From an uncultured candidatus Brocadiaceae bacterium (lineage in GTDB: Bacteria > Planctomycetota > Brocadiia > SM23-32): a stretch of 64,000 bases of DNA. This document shows, one piece after another, positions 54,699 to 64,000 of this stretch. The notes under the pieces were generated by a model. That model made no database searches. It was not told the DNA's origin and saw only the letters and a program-made list of their open reading frames with translations. The stretch's first letter is position 1, and each line of letters starts with the position of its first letter. The stretch lies in NCBI GenBank assembly GCA_964521715.1, contig CAZFSS010000002.1, forward strand, positions 151,828 through 215,827, read 5' to 3'. The position numbers were made by a program, and so were the translations under genes.

Positions 54699-56761
54699 CT
54701 AACACGGCTCGGGCGTGTCGATGGTCACGCGCACCTCAGGGCTGACGGCGACGAGGGCGCCCGCCGCGTCATACGTGAAGTCCCGGTAGAAGGCGTAGAG
54801 CTTCTGGTCGCCCGAGTGGTTGTAGGCCATGCGCACCAGTTGCGTGACGACCACGCAGCCGTAGCCGAGAGTCCAGGAATCGTCGAAGGCCTCGTCGGTT
54901 TCGGCTGTGCTCCCGATCTCGAAGCAAGGCCCCTCCGTGGTGGTGGAGGCCGGGGCCGGGGCCTCGGTGGTGTGTCTGACGGCGGGATTCTGGATCTGGC
55001 AGTCGTAGATGTCCTCGCTGAGCGCCAGCTCCCGCTGGGCGAACAGGTTGAGCTCGAGGCGCCGCTTCAGCTCCGAGTAGTCCTCCAGCATGTAGAACGT
55101 GTTGGCGACGGAGATGTCGGTCCTGGCCTGGTCGAAGTTGTAGAGCACCTCGACGGCGTTCACGCGGAGGGCCGACCACTGCATGGGGTCCGTCGGGCCG
55201 GGCGTCGTCGTGGTGCCAGCGCCCGAGGACGTGCTGCCGCCGGGGGTCGTGCTCGTCGTCGTGGGGCCCAGATTGACCACGTTGTAGCGGCGCAGCAGGC
55301 CGAACCTGTCGAAGTCCACGCCGTCGCACCGCAGCGCGCCCTGCCGCCGCACGTCCCTGAGCAGGCGCAGCAGGCGCTCGGCCAGGATCTCCATCGCCGT
55401 CTCGTCATCGGCGGTGCCGGGCTGGGGCCAGCTCGTCACGTGCCGGAACGCCGTGTCGTACACGGTCCGCGTCCGCTCGTAGCCGTAGCAGGCGTACGCG
55501 TCCCCCGAAGGCCCGGCCTGGACCGTGAAGGGGACTTCCGCCCAGTACCATCCCCACAGCTTCTCGCCGGGGCCGAGCGACGGCACGTGCGGGAATGCGA
55601 TCATGCGGCTGGCCAGCAGCCAGTAGACGTCCGACTCGGTGTAGAACGTCTTCGCCCCGGCGTCCGTGCCGACGTATATGCGCGGCAGGTGGCTCAGGAT
55701 TCCCGAGCCGGCGGGGGGCGTGTAGGCTCCGGCCTCGTCGATCGGCTTGCCCGTGACTGCCCGCTTGGGTTGGGCCACCGCGCGGTAGGCGGCGGCGAAA
55801 TCCCGCCAGGGCGCCGCCACCAGCTCCAACTCGCCCAGGTCGCCCGTGCCCGGGTTGCCCGTGCCCTCGATGTTGGCGGGCTGCTCCTCAACGGTGCGGT
55901 CGGTCCCCTGGATGACGATGGTGGAGCAGACGCCGTCCAGGCTCCAGTCGAGCTCGTTGCCGAGCAGCTCGTAATCTGTGCCCGCCTCGTCCTGCCAGTG
56001 TCCGAGCCGGCCGGCCTGGAGGTCCTCGGCCGGGAGCGAGTCCATGTCCACGACGACGAGCGCGCCGCTGGCCGGGTCGATGTACCAGCCCCAGAAGCCG
56101 CCGTTCAGCGCCAGCAGCAGGCTGATTGCGTCCGCCACGCTCGTGTTGTCCACGCTGAACTCGCCGACCACGCTGTCCAGGCTCAGGATCGTCCCCGCGT
56201 CGTGGTCGGCGATGTCCGCAGCGGTCAGATACTCGTCGGTGACGCAGTTGGCGTTGCCGTGGTGGCCGGGGATGTCGGACACGGCGCCGCCGTCCGTGGT
56301 GGTGCCCCCGTGGGTCACGGGGAGGCCGAGGGCGTGCTCCAGGATGTCGATGATGATCTCGCCGGCGGTCCACTTGCCGCCGTCCTTCCCCGGCGAATCT
56401 TCCCCGCCCTGGCCGTCGTAGCAGGTATGCCCGCGGCGGTTCCAGACGTAGAAGCCGCGCCCGTTGATGCGGACGGGTTCGTTCTCCAGGCGGAAGCGCT
56501 TGTCGGACGCCACGTACGTGACGCCTTCCTCGCCGACGCCGCCCGGGCGGACGTCCGTGACGTTGCCGCGGAACAGCACGCGCCCGGAGTCGTCGTTGAT
56601 GCGCACCGCGTCCCACAAGCCGGCCGGCCCGCCGTACGGCGGGTCGTGCCGGGCCGCGCAGAACAGCTCCGCCTGCCAGGCCCGCACGTAAGACGCGCGG
56701 ATGCTCCTGATCGTCAGCTCCCTGTTGCGCGCGCCGTTGATGAACAGCCGGATGCCCATGA
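54699..56761 (-). CDS. Phage tail-like structural protein with Thr/Pro-rich linker (687 aa)
   Basis: ATG at 56761. A large beta-rich protein with a TTTSTTPGGSTSSGAGTTTTPGPT linker, lying in the phage structural block. Confidence 0.5.
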
Positions 56762-56770
56762 CTCCTCGCT

Positions 56771-59700
56771 TCAGACGTAGAGAGTGACCTCGGACGGACA
56801 GTCGCTGCAGGTGCCGCCCGTCTTCGAGTAGGTGCCGCCCGGACACGATTGCGCGTAGGCCGTCTTCTGATAGATGCAGGTCTTGCCGGTCGGGCCGTGC
56901 GTGACGGTGAACTTCCATGCGCCCGCCAAGCAGGTGAGGTTGCCGGAGGTGCACGAGCCGGCCGCCTGGCTCATAGGCCAGATGCAGTCGCTCGACCGCG
57001 TCCACTTCATCGTGGTGCCGGAGCACGCGACTGCGTGGCCGCACTTCATGCCGGCGAAGCCCGCGCACGAGTAGGTCGCCGCGCATGTGCCCGTGCAGTA
57101 CGACGAGCTCGGGCAAGCCGGGACCGGCGGCGCTTCAGTCGTCGTCGTAGCCTCTTCCGTGGTCGTAGTCGTCCCTGGAAGAGTCGTGGTGCTCGTCGTG
57201 GTTCCCGCCTTCGTCGTAGTCGTCGCACACGGGGCCACAACGCACGTGGCGCCAACCGATTTCTCGCAACTGCCCCCGTCGGCGCAGCCCGCGTCGTTGC
57301 AGTCCAGCTCGCTGTAGACCCCTGCCGGCTCGCAGGGCCAATTGTCGTCCGGGCCCGCCCAAATCTTCGAGCACCCGCCGCCGTACGGGCCGACGGTCAG
57401 GCCCACGTTGTAGCGATTCACGCCCGTGCGGGCGACTTCGACGGCCACATCCTCGTCCTGGTACAGCCAGTAGCAGTCCGGATGCTGCCGGGTGGCCTGC
57501 CAGGTGCCGTTGCCGGCTGCGAAATCTCCGCCCAGCCCGGCGAACGTCACGCAGTAGGCCTCGAGAACGGGCGGCTCGCAGTCGTCGCAGTCCGGCTCCT
57601 CCGTCGTCGTGCTGCCCGGCTCCGTTGTCGTTGTCGTCTTGGGAAGGGTCGTCGTGCTCGTTGTGCTCGTCGTGGTTTCCTGGGGCCCCGGCGCCTGGCC
57701 GCAGCGATAGACGTCGAGCCACATCCCGCAGCACTCGCCCATCTCGGCGTTCTCGTAGCGCCCGTCCGGGCAGTCGGAGCAGTTCCGCGCCATCGGGAAC
57801 TTGAACGTGCAGTCGATCCCATCGCCGTGGACGGTGAAGTACCAGTAGGCCTGGTTGTTCGCTTCATCGTACGTGCAGTCGATTTTGCTGACGGTCAGGC
57901 CGTCCGGCGCCTCGGTATTGAGCCAGAAGCATTCGCTCCGGCCGTTGCTCCAGCGGATCCAGCCGGCCTCGCTCCCGCACCATCCCGGCCACCACGCCTC
58001 ATAGCACTCGTCGCACATGTTCTGGCAGTACGCGCCCGTCGGGCCGCAGGTATCGGCGTAGACCGTGAGCGAGTCGCCGACGTAATCCGCGCAGCAGGCC
58101 GGGCCGGAGACCAGGTCGAATGCCCCCTCCGGGCAGGCCGGCGTGTGGGCCGCCAGCTCGTAGACGCAGTTGAGGCAGCCGCACGTCCCGCAGTAGGCCG
58201 TGAACGTCCAGACCCCCTCGCCGACGCAATGAATTGCATTGAGCGTCCAGCCGGACGGAATCGTCCCCGGGACCGGCTCCCAGACGCACACCTCCTCCAT
58301 CAGCTCGAACCGCGCGGTCCCCGCCGAACACTTCTTGCCCGGCGGCGGCGGGCAGGGATACGCCGGCAGGTCCACATAAAGTTCCGAGCAACAGTAGTTG
58401 CACAGGCCGCCGCAGAGGCACCCATCCAGCTCGTCTCCGTCGTCCGGCCCGAAGACCCAGATCGCGCTCTCGGCCCCGCTCTCCTCACAGGTATTCCCGT
58501 CGAAGCAGCCGCCGTCCTCACACTCCTGCAGTTCGTACTGGCCGGTCGGGTCACACGGCGTGTCCGGCCCCCACGCCACGAACCGGCAGTTTGGGTTCAG
58601 CGCGTAACTGATCTCCCAGCGGCCGTTCGCGGCGTCCCATTCGAGCGCCAGGTCGAGCCCGCCGTAGGTCTGTTCCCAGCGGCAACCGTTCTCCCAGTCC
58701 AGCCAGTGCACGCCGTTCAGAGGGGCGAAGTCGCCCGTCATCTGGCAGAACAGCACCCGGTAGTCGGCCTTTAGCGGCGGCTCGCAGCCGCCCTCCGTGG
58801 TCGTCGTTCCCGGCAGAGCGGTGGTCGTCGCCGGCGGCGTGCTCGTTGTGGCAGGTGGCGTCGTGGTGCCGCCGGGCGCCGTCGTCGTCGTGCCCGGCTC
58901 CGCCGTGGTCGTGGTACCCGCCTCCGCCGTGGTCGTGCTGGCCACTTCCCCCGTCGTGCTGGTCACTGCCGTCAGCGTCGTCGTCGTGCCCGTCGTGCTC
59001 GTCGTGGTTTCCGCGGGCGGCGTCGTCTCCGGCGGCTCGACCGGATGCGTCGTCGTGGTGGGCAGCGGCGCCTCCGTCGTGGTCCACTCCGCGCAGTTCA
59101 CCTCCATCGCGAAGGTGGCCTCGAACGCCGTGTGCCGCCTGTCCGTGTGCACCGGCCGCATGTCCTCCAGCACGACGCCGGCGAACGTGTTTCCGTTTCC
59201 GGTCAGGTCGACGGGCCGCGGGCCGATCTCGCGCTCCAGGTCCTCCAGGTAGCGGGCGAGGTTCTGGGCGCTCACGGCGGCATAGGACCGGACGATGAAG
59301 CGGATGGCCGCGCCGCGCGCCGGCCCGCGCGCCCTGGCCCCGCGCGCCCGCGGGATCTCGCGCAGCGGGTAGTCCCGCTGCATGTCGATCCGCATGCCTT
59401 CAGCGTGGTGACCCAGCGCCACGCCGCCGGCGGCGTAGTCGAGGAGCGTCCCCGTGCCGGCATAGACGTCCGGCGCGTCGGGCGCCGGGAATGACGGCCA
59501 CGGCTCGCTCGACTTCTCCGGGCTGCCGAACTGGAGCGACAGGTCAACGAAGCGGTAGGCGCGCACCTCCGCCAGGCCGTCAACGCAGACGCTCTCGCCG
59601 AACGTGGCCCGCTTGGCGAAGTTGTCCTCGAAGGCAACCGTGCCCGGCGCCGAGCAAGCCAGTGCCCGCAGGCGCTCGTAGGCGTAGCGCTCGGCGTCGC

Positions 59701-59887
59701 CCAAGTTCGCGCGGAGCCGCTGCCCGGTGACGTGAACGCCCATCACGCCGCCGCCCGAATCGAAGAGCGCGGCAGGCTCGCCGTGCGGCGTCAGCGACGC
59801 GTTGCGGCGCACCGCCCCCGGCGTGGCGAAGACGTGCTCGCCCAGCTCGATCGCGATCTTGCCGTCGTCGAAGTATCCCTGCCCCAT
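56771..59887 (-). CDS. Giant phage tail/fibre-like protein (1038 aa) with Thr-rich linkers and three or more copies of a ~80-aa Cys-rich repeat domain
   Basis: ATG at 59887. An N-terminal ~290-aa domain is followed by long T/P/A linkers and repeated W..W..C.W...NC.F..GPD.PCDPTG.Y.L.EC modules. Confidence 0.55.
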   Translation of the reverse strand: MGQGYFDDGKIAIELGEHVFATPGAVRRNASLTPHGEPAALFDSGGGVMGVHVTGQRLRANLGDAERYAYERLRALACSAPGTVAFEDNFAKRATFGESVCVDGLAEVRAYRFVDLSLQFGSPEKSSEPWPSFPAPDAPDVYAGTGTLLDYAAGGVALGHHAEGMRIDMQRDYPLREIPRARGARARGPARGAAIRFIVRSYAAVSAQNLARYLEDLEREIGPRPVDLTGNGNTFAGVVLEDMRPVHTDRRHTAFEATFAMEVNCAEWTTTEAPLPTTTTHPVEPPETTPPAETTTSTTGTTTTLTAVTSTTGEVASTTTAEAGTTTTAEPGTTTTAPGGTTTPPATTSTPPATTTALPGTTTTEGGCEPPLKADYRVLFCQMTGDFAPLNGVHWLDWENGCRWEQTYGGLDLALEWDAANGRWEISYALNPNCRFVAWGPDTPCDPTGQYELQECEDGGCFDGNTCEESGAESAIWVFGPDDGDELDGCLCGGLCNYCCSELYVDLPAYPCPPPPGKKCSAGTARFELMEEVCVWEPVPGTIPSGWTLNAIHCVGEGVWTFTAYCGTCGCLNCVYELAAHTPACPEGAFDLVSGPACCADYVGDSLTVYADTCGPTGAYCQNMCDECYEAWWPGWCGSEAGWIRWSNGRSECFWLNTEAPDGLTVSKIDCTYDEANNQAYWYFTVHGDGIDCTFKFPMARNCSDCPDGRYENAEMGECCGMWLDVYRCGQAPGPQETTTSTTSTTTLPKTTTTTEPGSTTTEEPDCDDCEPPVLEAYCVTFAGLGGDFAAGNGTWQATRQHPDCYWLYQDEDVAVEVARTGVNRYNVGLTVGPYGGGCSKIWAGPDDNWPCEPAGVYSELDCNDAGCADGGSCEKSVGATCVVAPCATTTTKAGTTTSTTTLPGTTTTTEEATTTTEAPPVPACPSSSYCTGTCAATYSCAGFAGMKCGHAVACSGTTMKWTRSSDCIWPMSQAAGSCTSGNLTCLAGAWKFTVTHGPTGKTCIYQKTAYAQSCPGGTYSKTGGTCSDCPSEVTLYV

Positions 59888-59941
59888 CAGGTAGCCCCGT
59901 GTTCCCTCTGGCCGTTGATCGGCGCGGCCAATGGATTCCGG

Positions 59942-60184
59942 CTAACTCCTGGCCGTCGCCAGCCGTTTGAGCTGCCGCTTGACGCGATCAAGGTCTTCCT
60001 TCATCGAGTTGACGATTGCCAGGTTCCGCTGGTGCAATCGAAGGCTCTGCTCGGCGAGAGCCGCAACCAGGCTCCGGACCGACTCCAGGGCGCGCTGCTC
60101 CTGGCGCCAGCGCTCGGCCGACTCCTCGCAGGCTTCGCGAAGGCGTTCCAGCTCGGCATCGAGGGACGGTCTGATCTCGCTCAC
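59942..60184 (-). CDS. Small coiled-coil protein (80 aa), possible assembly chaperone
   Basis: Its stop overlaps the start region of the downstream gene. Heptad-like helical sequence. Confidence 0.4.
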   Translation of the reverse strand: MSEIRPSLDAELERLREACEESAERWRQEQRALESVRSLVAALAEQSLRLHQRNLAIVNSMKEDLDRVKRQLKRLATARS

Positions 60185-61107
60185 GGGCTCTCCCCTTCGG
60201 TGGTGGTCCGGGCCAGGTTCACGGCGTACACCAGGTCGTCCCCCTCCTCGTCGGTCCCTGCTTCCGTTCGAAGGACGGCCCGCGCCAGACGGGCGGGCTC
60301 GGCCTCCTCTGCGCTTTCCTCGGCGTGGAGCACGGGAAGCGCCAGGTCAAGGACGTGCCCCTCCGGGTGGGCGAAGGCGGCCTCGAAGCTCAGCGTCCCG
60401 CCGCTGCGCACGGCCGCGTTGAACGCGTCGCCGTCGTCCAGCTTCCGTAGCTCGACGGAGACGGCCCGCTGGCCGGCCGCCAGGAACGCAATCGTCCCGC
60501 CCCGGTTCGGCCCAGCCGCAAGATGATTCCGCACTCGCAGCGTGAACTGCTCGACTCCGGTGACCTCCGCGCCGTCCAGCTTCACGACGGCCCCATCGAA
60601 CACGAACGGCACCGGGCTCAGGCCCCCATAGTCGAAGTCGCCCTCCTCGAGACCGGGGGCCGCCTCTTCGGCCGCGGCCTGCAACGCGAATCGGAACTCG
60701 GCATCGCGCCCGAGCGCCGACGCGACGACGTCGAGTCCGTCCGCCTTCACGCCCAGGTAGCGGCGCGGGTCCGCCGGCGTGTAGTAGTCCATGCAGTAGC
60801 CGGGCAGCTCGCCGTCCTGACGGTCGAGCGCCACGTCGAGCAGAAGCTCCGCAACCTGCGGCCAGGGCAGCGTGACGAAAGCGCCGCTCACCAACTGCAA
60901 GTAGCTGACGTGCACCGACCTGCGCCAGCCGCCGTAGTAGGTGTCCGGCCGGAAGCGCGGGCTGGCGGCCTTCAGGCTGAAGCCGTCCCCGAGCACCGGC
61001 ACGGCCTGCCACGCAGGCTCGTCCGGGCAGGAGCCCCACGCCTCCTCGCGGCAGAGGCGCAGATGGCGCCGCCGCCCGTAGTGCCAGTTGCCGCTCGGTC
61101 CGCCCAT
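60181..61107 (-). CDS. Phage structural protein, hypothetical (tail-associated)
   Basis: 309 aa from the internal ATG at 61107. The position is consistent with a phage structural gene, though no family was recognised. Start is uncertain (the track ORF extends to 61308). Confidence 0.4.
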   Translation of the reverse strand: MGGPSGNWHYGRRRHLRLCREEAWGSCPDEPAWQAVPVLGDGFSLKAASPRFRPDTYYGGWRRSVHVSYLQLVSGAFVTLPWPQVAELLLDVALDRQDGELPGYCMDYYTPADPRRYLGVKADGLDVVASALGRDAEFRFALQAAAEEAAPGLEEGDFDYGGLSPVPFVFDGAVVKLDGAEVTGVEQFTLRVRNHLAAGPNRGGTIAFLAAGQRAVSVELRKLDDGDAFNAAVRSGGTLSFEAAFAHPEGHVLDLALPVLHAEESAEEAEPARLARAVLRTEAGTDEEGDDLVYAVNLARTTTEGESP

Positions 61108-61157
61108 GCCGTTCCTCGCCCTGATGCCTATGCTCGCCCTCGTCGCGGGCCTTGACG

Positions 61158-61607
61158 CTAGATCCTTCGCCAGAGCAGCTCGACGTCGATCGTCGCCGTC
61201 CAGATGAGGCGGGCCGCCTCCTCGCGCGGAACGGCCGACCAGACGACGCGCTGCACGCGCAGCCCCGTCAAGCCGTCCGACGCCAGCCCCAGGCAGTCCT
61301 CGTTGCACGCCCGGACGCGGTCGAGCACGAGGGCGACGAGCTCCTCACAGGGCTGCACGTCCTGGCCGGCGGTGGCCACCTCGACGCGGAGGACCTGCGG
61401 CATCTCCCTCTCAACGTTCGCGACGTGAACTTCGGCGCCCTCGGCCGGGGCGACGCTGAGCGCGGGGCAGAACGCCGGTTCGACGTCGTGACGGCGCTTG
61501 AGCCCCGGCCCGAAGTCGAACCACGTCTTGACCCGCCCGTCTATCTCGGAGTCGCCCTGCAACGCGGCGATCAGCCCGAGCCGGCCGTCTGTCAGGAAGT
61601 TGCTCAT
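61158..61607 (-). CDS. Phage structural protein, hypothetical
   Basis: 149 aa, in the phage block between the connector and tail genes. Confidence 0.4.
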   Translation of the reverse strand: MSNFLTDGRLGLIAALQGDSEIDGRVKTWFDFGPGLKRRHDVEPAFCPALSVAPAEGAEVHVANVEREMPQVLRVEVATAGQDVQPCEELVALVLDRVRACNEDCLGLASDGLTGLRVQRVVWSAVPREEAARLIWTATIDVELLWRRI

Positions 61608-61618
61608 TGCATCCTCTG

Positions 61619-62050
61619 CTAGAGCGGCTCGTCCCGGCCGAAGAGCCTCGGCTGGGTCTCGTAGCGCACCCGCGGAGCGGCCGCGCTCTCATTGGGAGTC
61701 GGCTCGAAGCCGAGCGAGACGGCCCCCGCCACCACCTGTTGCAGCCAGGCGACGTCGTCCTCGTACTGGGCGCGCACGTCGTCCGTCACGCTGTCCCGCC
61801 CAAGCCGCAGGAAGTAGACCGCCAGATTGACGGCCCGCGTCTTGAGCGCCTGCGGGCACTCGTCGTCGGGCTTGACGACGGGCACGCTGAACCTGACGGC
61901 CAGGTAGCTGTCGATCAGGGCCTCGGCGCTGCCGATCGCCTGTGCGACCACGGCTTCGTCCGGCTCTGCGTCGCCGTCGTAGTCGGCCAGCGCAGCCAGG
62001 TCCTGCTCGCCGATCCTGGTCTGAACGTCATCGAAGGTGCAGTAAGCCAT
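61619..62050 (-). CDS. Phage head-tail connector protein (gp6-like)
   Basis: The N-terminal MAYCTFDDVQTRIGEQDL...DEAVVAQAIGSAEALIDSYL matches the gp6-like connector family pattern (Y.tledvk..l.i....dd..l..li.aA...ie.y). Start at the internal ATG 62050. Confidence 0.55.
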   Translation of the reverse strand: MAYCTFDDVQTRIGEQDLAALADYDGDAEPDEAVVAQAIGSAEALIDSYLAVRFSVPVVKPDDECPQALKTRAVNLAVYFLRLGRDSVTDDVRAQYEDDVAWLQQVVAGAVSLGFEPTPNESAAAPRVRYETQPRLFGRDEPL

Positions 62051-62149
62051 GTCCGACTCCCACTCGTCCTGATGGTCAAGGGGGGCGGGGGACTGGGCCG
62101 CCCTGAGACTGCCCAAGGGCGGCCCCCCGTTGATGCCGGCCTCTGGCCG

Positions 62150-63037
62150 CTATCCTCCCCCGCTACTCGCGTGCACGAGCCACGGCGCCAGCAGGGCCAC
62201 GGCGCAGCGCCGCCTGCCCTTGTAGGCGTAACGCTCCCGGTAGAAGGCGTCCTCGTCGCCGGGATCCTCCTTCGCCGTGAACTCCGGCCCCTCGCGGTCC
62301 TGAAGCACCATGGGCTTGACGGGGTCGGTGTCCATGACGAACCACACCTGGCTGTCGCCGAGCCGGCTCAGCACCAGCAGGTCGCATTTCTTGTACATGC
62401 GGTTGGACTGGCCGCCGTCGAGGTACTGGATCTCCAGTATCCCCTCGGCCGCGGCGCGGTTGGCGGAGCCGCAGACGAGCAGGTCGGCCTGCAGGCCGAG
62501 GCGCGCCCCGTCCGGGCCGGCATGCCCCTCGAGCGCCGTCATGGCCGCCTCGAAGTTTTCGCTCGTCAGCGCTGCGTCGTCGCGGTTGGACCAGGCCGCC
62601 CCGCCGACCCATTCGTGCCCGGCGCTGAAGACGGTGGTGCCGTCGATCCACTGGTCGGTGAACCCGGCCAGGAGCGCCTCGGCGGCGAGCCGCAGCGGAT
62701 AGAGGGCCGCGCGGCGGCCGAGCTGCCGCACCCCCGGCGCGTAGACGCCGACGTTGTCGTCTGCGATGTCGTTGCGGTGCACCTGCACGATGCGGGCGAA
62801 CGTCCTGTTCGGCACGCTCTGCACGAAGGCGCCGATGCTGGTGATCGTCACCTCGTCGAGGACCTCCTCCAGGTCGCCCAGCAGCGTGGCCACGGGATAC
62901 TTCTCCGTGCCGCTCGTGCTCGGCACGACCTCCATCAGGCGCAGTATGCGCTCGTTCTCCGTCGTCTGAACGGCCTCGGTGAAGGTGGCCTTGAGGCCGG
63001 TGAAGACGGCTTCCAGATTCCCCTGCGTGATCTGCAT
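62150..63037 (-). CDS. Phage major capsid protein (Mu gpT-like major head subunit)
   Basis: MQITQGNLEAVFTGLKATFTEAVQTTE... resembles the conserved N-terminus of Mu-like gpT major head proteins. 295 aa from the internal ATG. The track ORF starts with TTG at 63100. Confidence 0.55.
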   Translation of the reverse strand: MQITQGNLEAVFTGLKATFTEAVQTTENERILRLMEVVPSTSGTEKYPVATLLGDLEEVLDEVTITSIGAFVQSVPNRTFARIVQVHRNDIADDNVGVYAPGVRQLGRRAALYPLRLAAEALLAGFTDQWIDGTTVFSAGHEWVGGAAWSNRDDAALTSENFEAAMTALEGHAGPDGARLGLQADLLVCGSANRAAAEGILEIQYLDGGQSNRMYKKCDLLVLSRLGDSQVWFVMDTDPVKPMVLQDREGPEFTAKEDPGDEDAFYRERYAYKGRRRCAVALLAPWLVHASSGGG

Positions 63038-63105
63038 GCTTCGCACCTCCGTTACGGGTCGGATCGGCGCCTCACGCCGTACGGCGGACGGGCGCCGCAA
63101 TCGGG

Positions 63106-63570
63106 TTACACGCCGGCCGTCGTCGTGGTCGCCGGGGTCCAGCTCTTGCCGGCCAGGACGGCCGCGTCGATGGACACCCAGCAGTCCCCTGCGCCCTCGA
63201 TCCTGTCGATGACGCCGACAGCCACGTCGTTGTCCACGTCGTCGGCGACGGCCACGGTGTGGTCGTCCGCGGCGTAGACCTGAGCGCTGAGGGCCGACTG
63301 GTCGAGCGCGGACGCGGAGTCGAGGCGGTAACGGCCCCGACGCCTGACGACGACGCTCACGTCCCCGTCGCCGCCGTTGCGGTTATCGGCCTGGGCTGTG
63401 GCGACGCCCTCGAAGACCAGGCCCGCCGTGTCGGCCGCCGGCACGGCGTAGCCGTCCACGTCGCTGCACACCAGGGAGCCGGCGAAGATGCGCGTCTCCG
63501 CGCCCACGGGGATCGAGAGCAGGTCCCCGAGGCTGTACTCCGTGTTCCTGTCAGAAGCTAAGGCTGCCAT
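63106..63570 (-). CDS. Phage-associated hypothetical protein (possible head decoration/DUF2190-like)
   Basis: 154 aa immediately upstream of the capsid gene. Asp/Val-rich beta protein. Confidence 0.4.
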   Translation of the reverse strand: MAALASDRNTEYSLGDLLSIPVGAETRIFAGSLVCSDVDGYAVPAADTAGLVFEGVATAQADNRNGGDGDVSVVVRRRGRYRLDSASALDQSALSAQVYAADDHTVAVADDVDNDVAVGVIDRIEGAGDCWVSIDAAVLAGKSWTPATTTTAGV

Positions 63571-63632
63571 TCATCCACCTCCTCAAGTGGTTTGGTCTGT
63601 GCGGGCCGGGCGCGGCCGCTAGTCAGCGGCCG

Positions 63633-63878
63633 CTAGTCCGCTGCCGCAACAAACGCCTCCGCCGAGAGCCCGAGCTGGCGGCAGACGGATTCCTCGGCCT
63701 CATCGAGCCGCCGGCCGCCGGCCTTGCGCGGCGCGGGCTGCGGCGCGCGCTGCGGCTGCATCAGGACGGGCATGGCGTTGAGCACGTGCCGCGTCGCTTC
63801 GAGGTCGTTCAGGGCCTCCCGCAGGTAGAAGTCGCGGTGCGCCGGCGGGACCTTGCCGGCCGCGACCGCTTCGTCCAC
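63633..63878 (-). CDS. Small phage-associated hypothetical protein
   Basis: 81-aa ORF in the phage block. Weak evidence. Confidence 0.3.
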   Translation of the reverse strand: MDEAVAAGKVPPAHRDFYLREALNDLEATRHVLNAMPVLMQPQRAPQPAPRKAGGRRLDEAEESVCRQLGLSAEAFVAAAD

Positions 63879-64000
63879 CAGCGCGCCTGCCTCCGCGTCG
63901 CGCTGCGACTGCTGGAGGGCTTCGACGGCGTTGAGTATCCCGAGCTCGGGCGCGTCCGGTTCGAGGCCGAGCCTGGCGCGCAGCGCGTCAAGGCACGCGC

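Larger units (their letters stand above)
54011..64000. mobile_element. Prophage-like structural gene module (Mu-like capsid, connector, tail-like giant proteins); extends beyond window end
   Basis: A co-oriented minus-strand block with a gpT-like major capsid, gp6-like connector, small coupled ORFs and Thr-linker tail-like proteins. GC content is host-like. Confidence 0.5.

Noticed and set aside
54342-58774. + strand ORFs 54342..56780 and 56849..58774
   Set aside because: Antisense to the giant tail-like protein genes. Composition-driven.
57100-59100. ACGACG/GTCGTC periodic DNA resembling repeats or CRISPR
   Set aside because: These are codon-level Thr/Val/Ala runs encoding linker regions of the tail-like proteins, read in-frame within long ORFs.
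61607-63277. 556-aa + strand ORF
   Set aside because: Antisense to the capsid and connector genes.
1-64000. tRNA/rRNA/tmRNA genes
   Set aside because: No T-loop (GTTCRANYC) or anticodon-stem cloverleaf candidates and no rRNA-like conserved blocks were found by eye. None is claimed.

Overview
This is a 64 kb, high-GC (about 68-70%, strong GC3 bias) bacterial chromosomal window. No rRNA, tRNA or CRISPR array was found. Because GC is high, most of the long ORFs in the supplied track are antisense artefacts. I chose real genes by family motifs, signal peptides, RBS, start-codon context and gene coupling. The track also prints GTG and TTG starts as 'M'.

Layout:
- 1-34.2 kb: ordinary housekeeping and envelope genes. 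These include a radical-SAM fragment, a UVR-motif protein, an RNase HII-like protein, a C-N hydrolase, UDG family 4, a GT9 heptosyltransferase, ClpP, a secretin with a pilotin-like lipoprotein, an MsbA-like ABC exporter, a polyprenol-P mannosyltransferase, RluA, an FHA-DUF4438-STK operon, a Zn-ADH, RarA, a GxxExxY protein, a rhomboid, GH5, an MFS-spermidine-synthase fusion, PIG-L, GNAT, a second STK and a PAS sensor.
- 34.2-38.56 kb: a compositionally distinct, lower-GC island of about 4.3 kb. It encodes three translationally coupled genes: an Hsp90/MORC-like GHKL ATPase, a 320-aa Rossmann-like protein of unknown function and a B12-binding (class B) radical SAM enzyme. This is the best candidate for a previously undescribed system, possibly a nucleic-acid modification or defence module.
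- 38.6-46.1 kb: a secreted nitroreductase; a DUF2334-like protein whose 3' end (about 60 nt) is duplicated on either side of an inserted MNT/HEPN toxin-antitoxin cassette; a CBM-plus-GH clan A hydrolase; and a low-GC two-gene cassette.
- 46.1-53.6 kb: a glycosyltransferase/methyltransferase operon interrupted by hairpin repeat elements.
- 54-64 kb: a Mu-like prophage structural module (gpT-like capsid, gp6-like connector, Thr-linker/Cys-repeat tail proteins).

Several families of short-word and hairpin intergenic repeats and a dispersed perfect 28-bp palindrome recur across the window.
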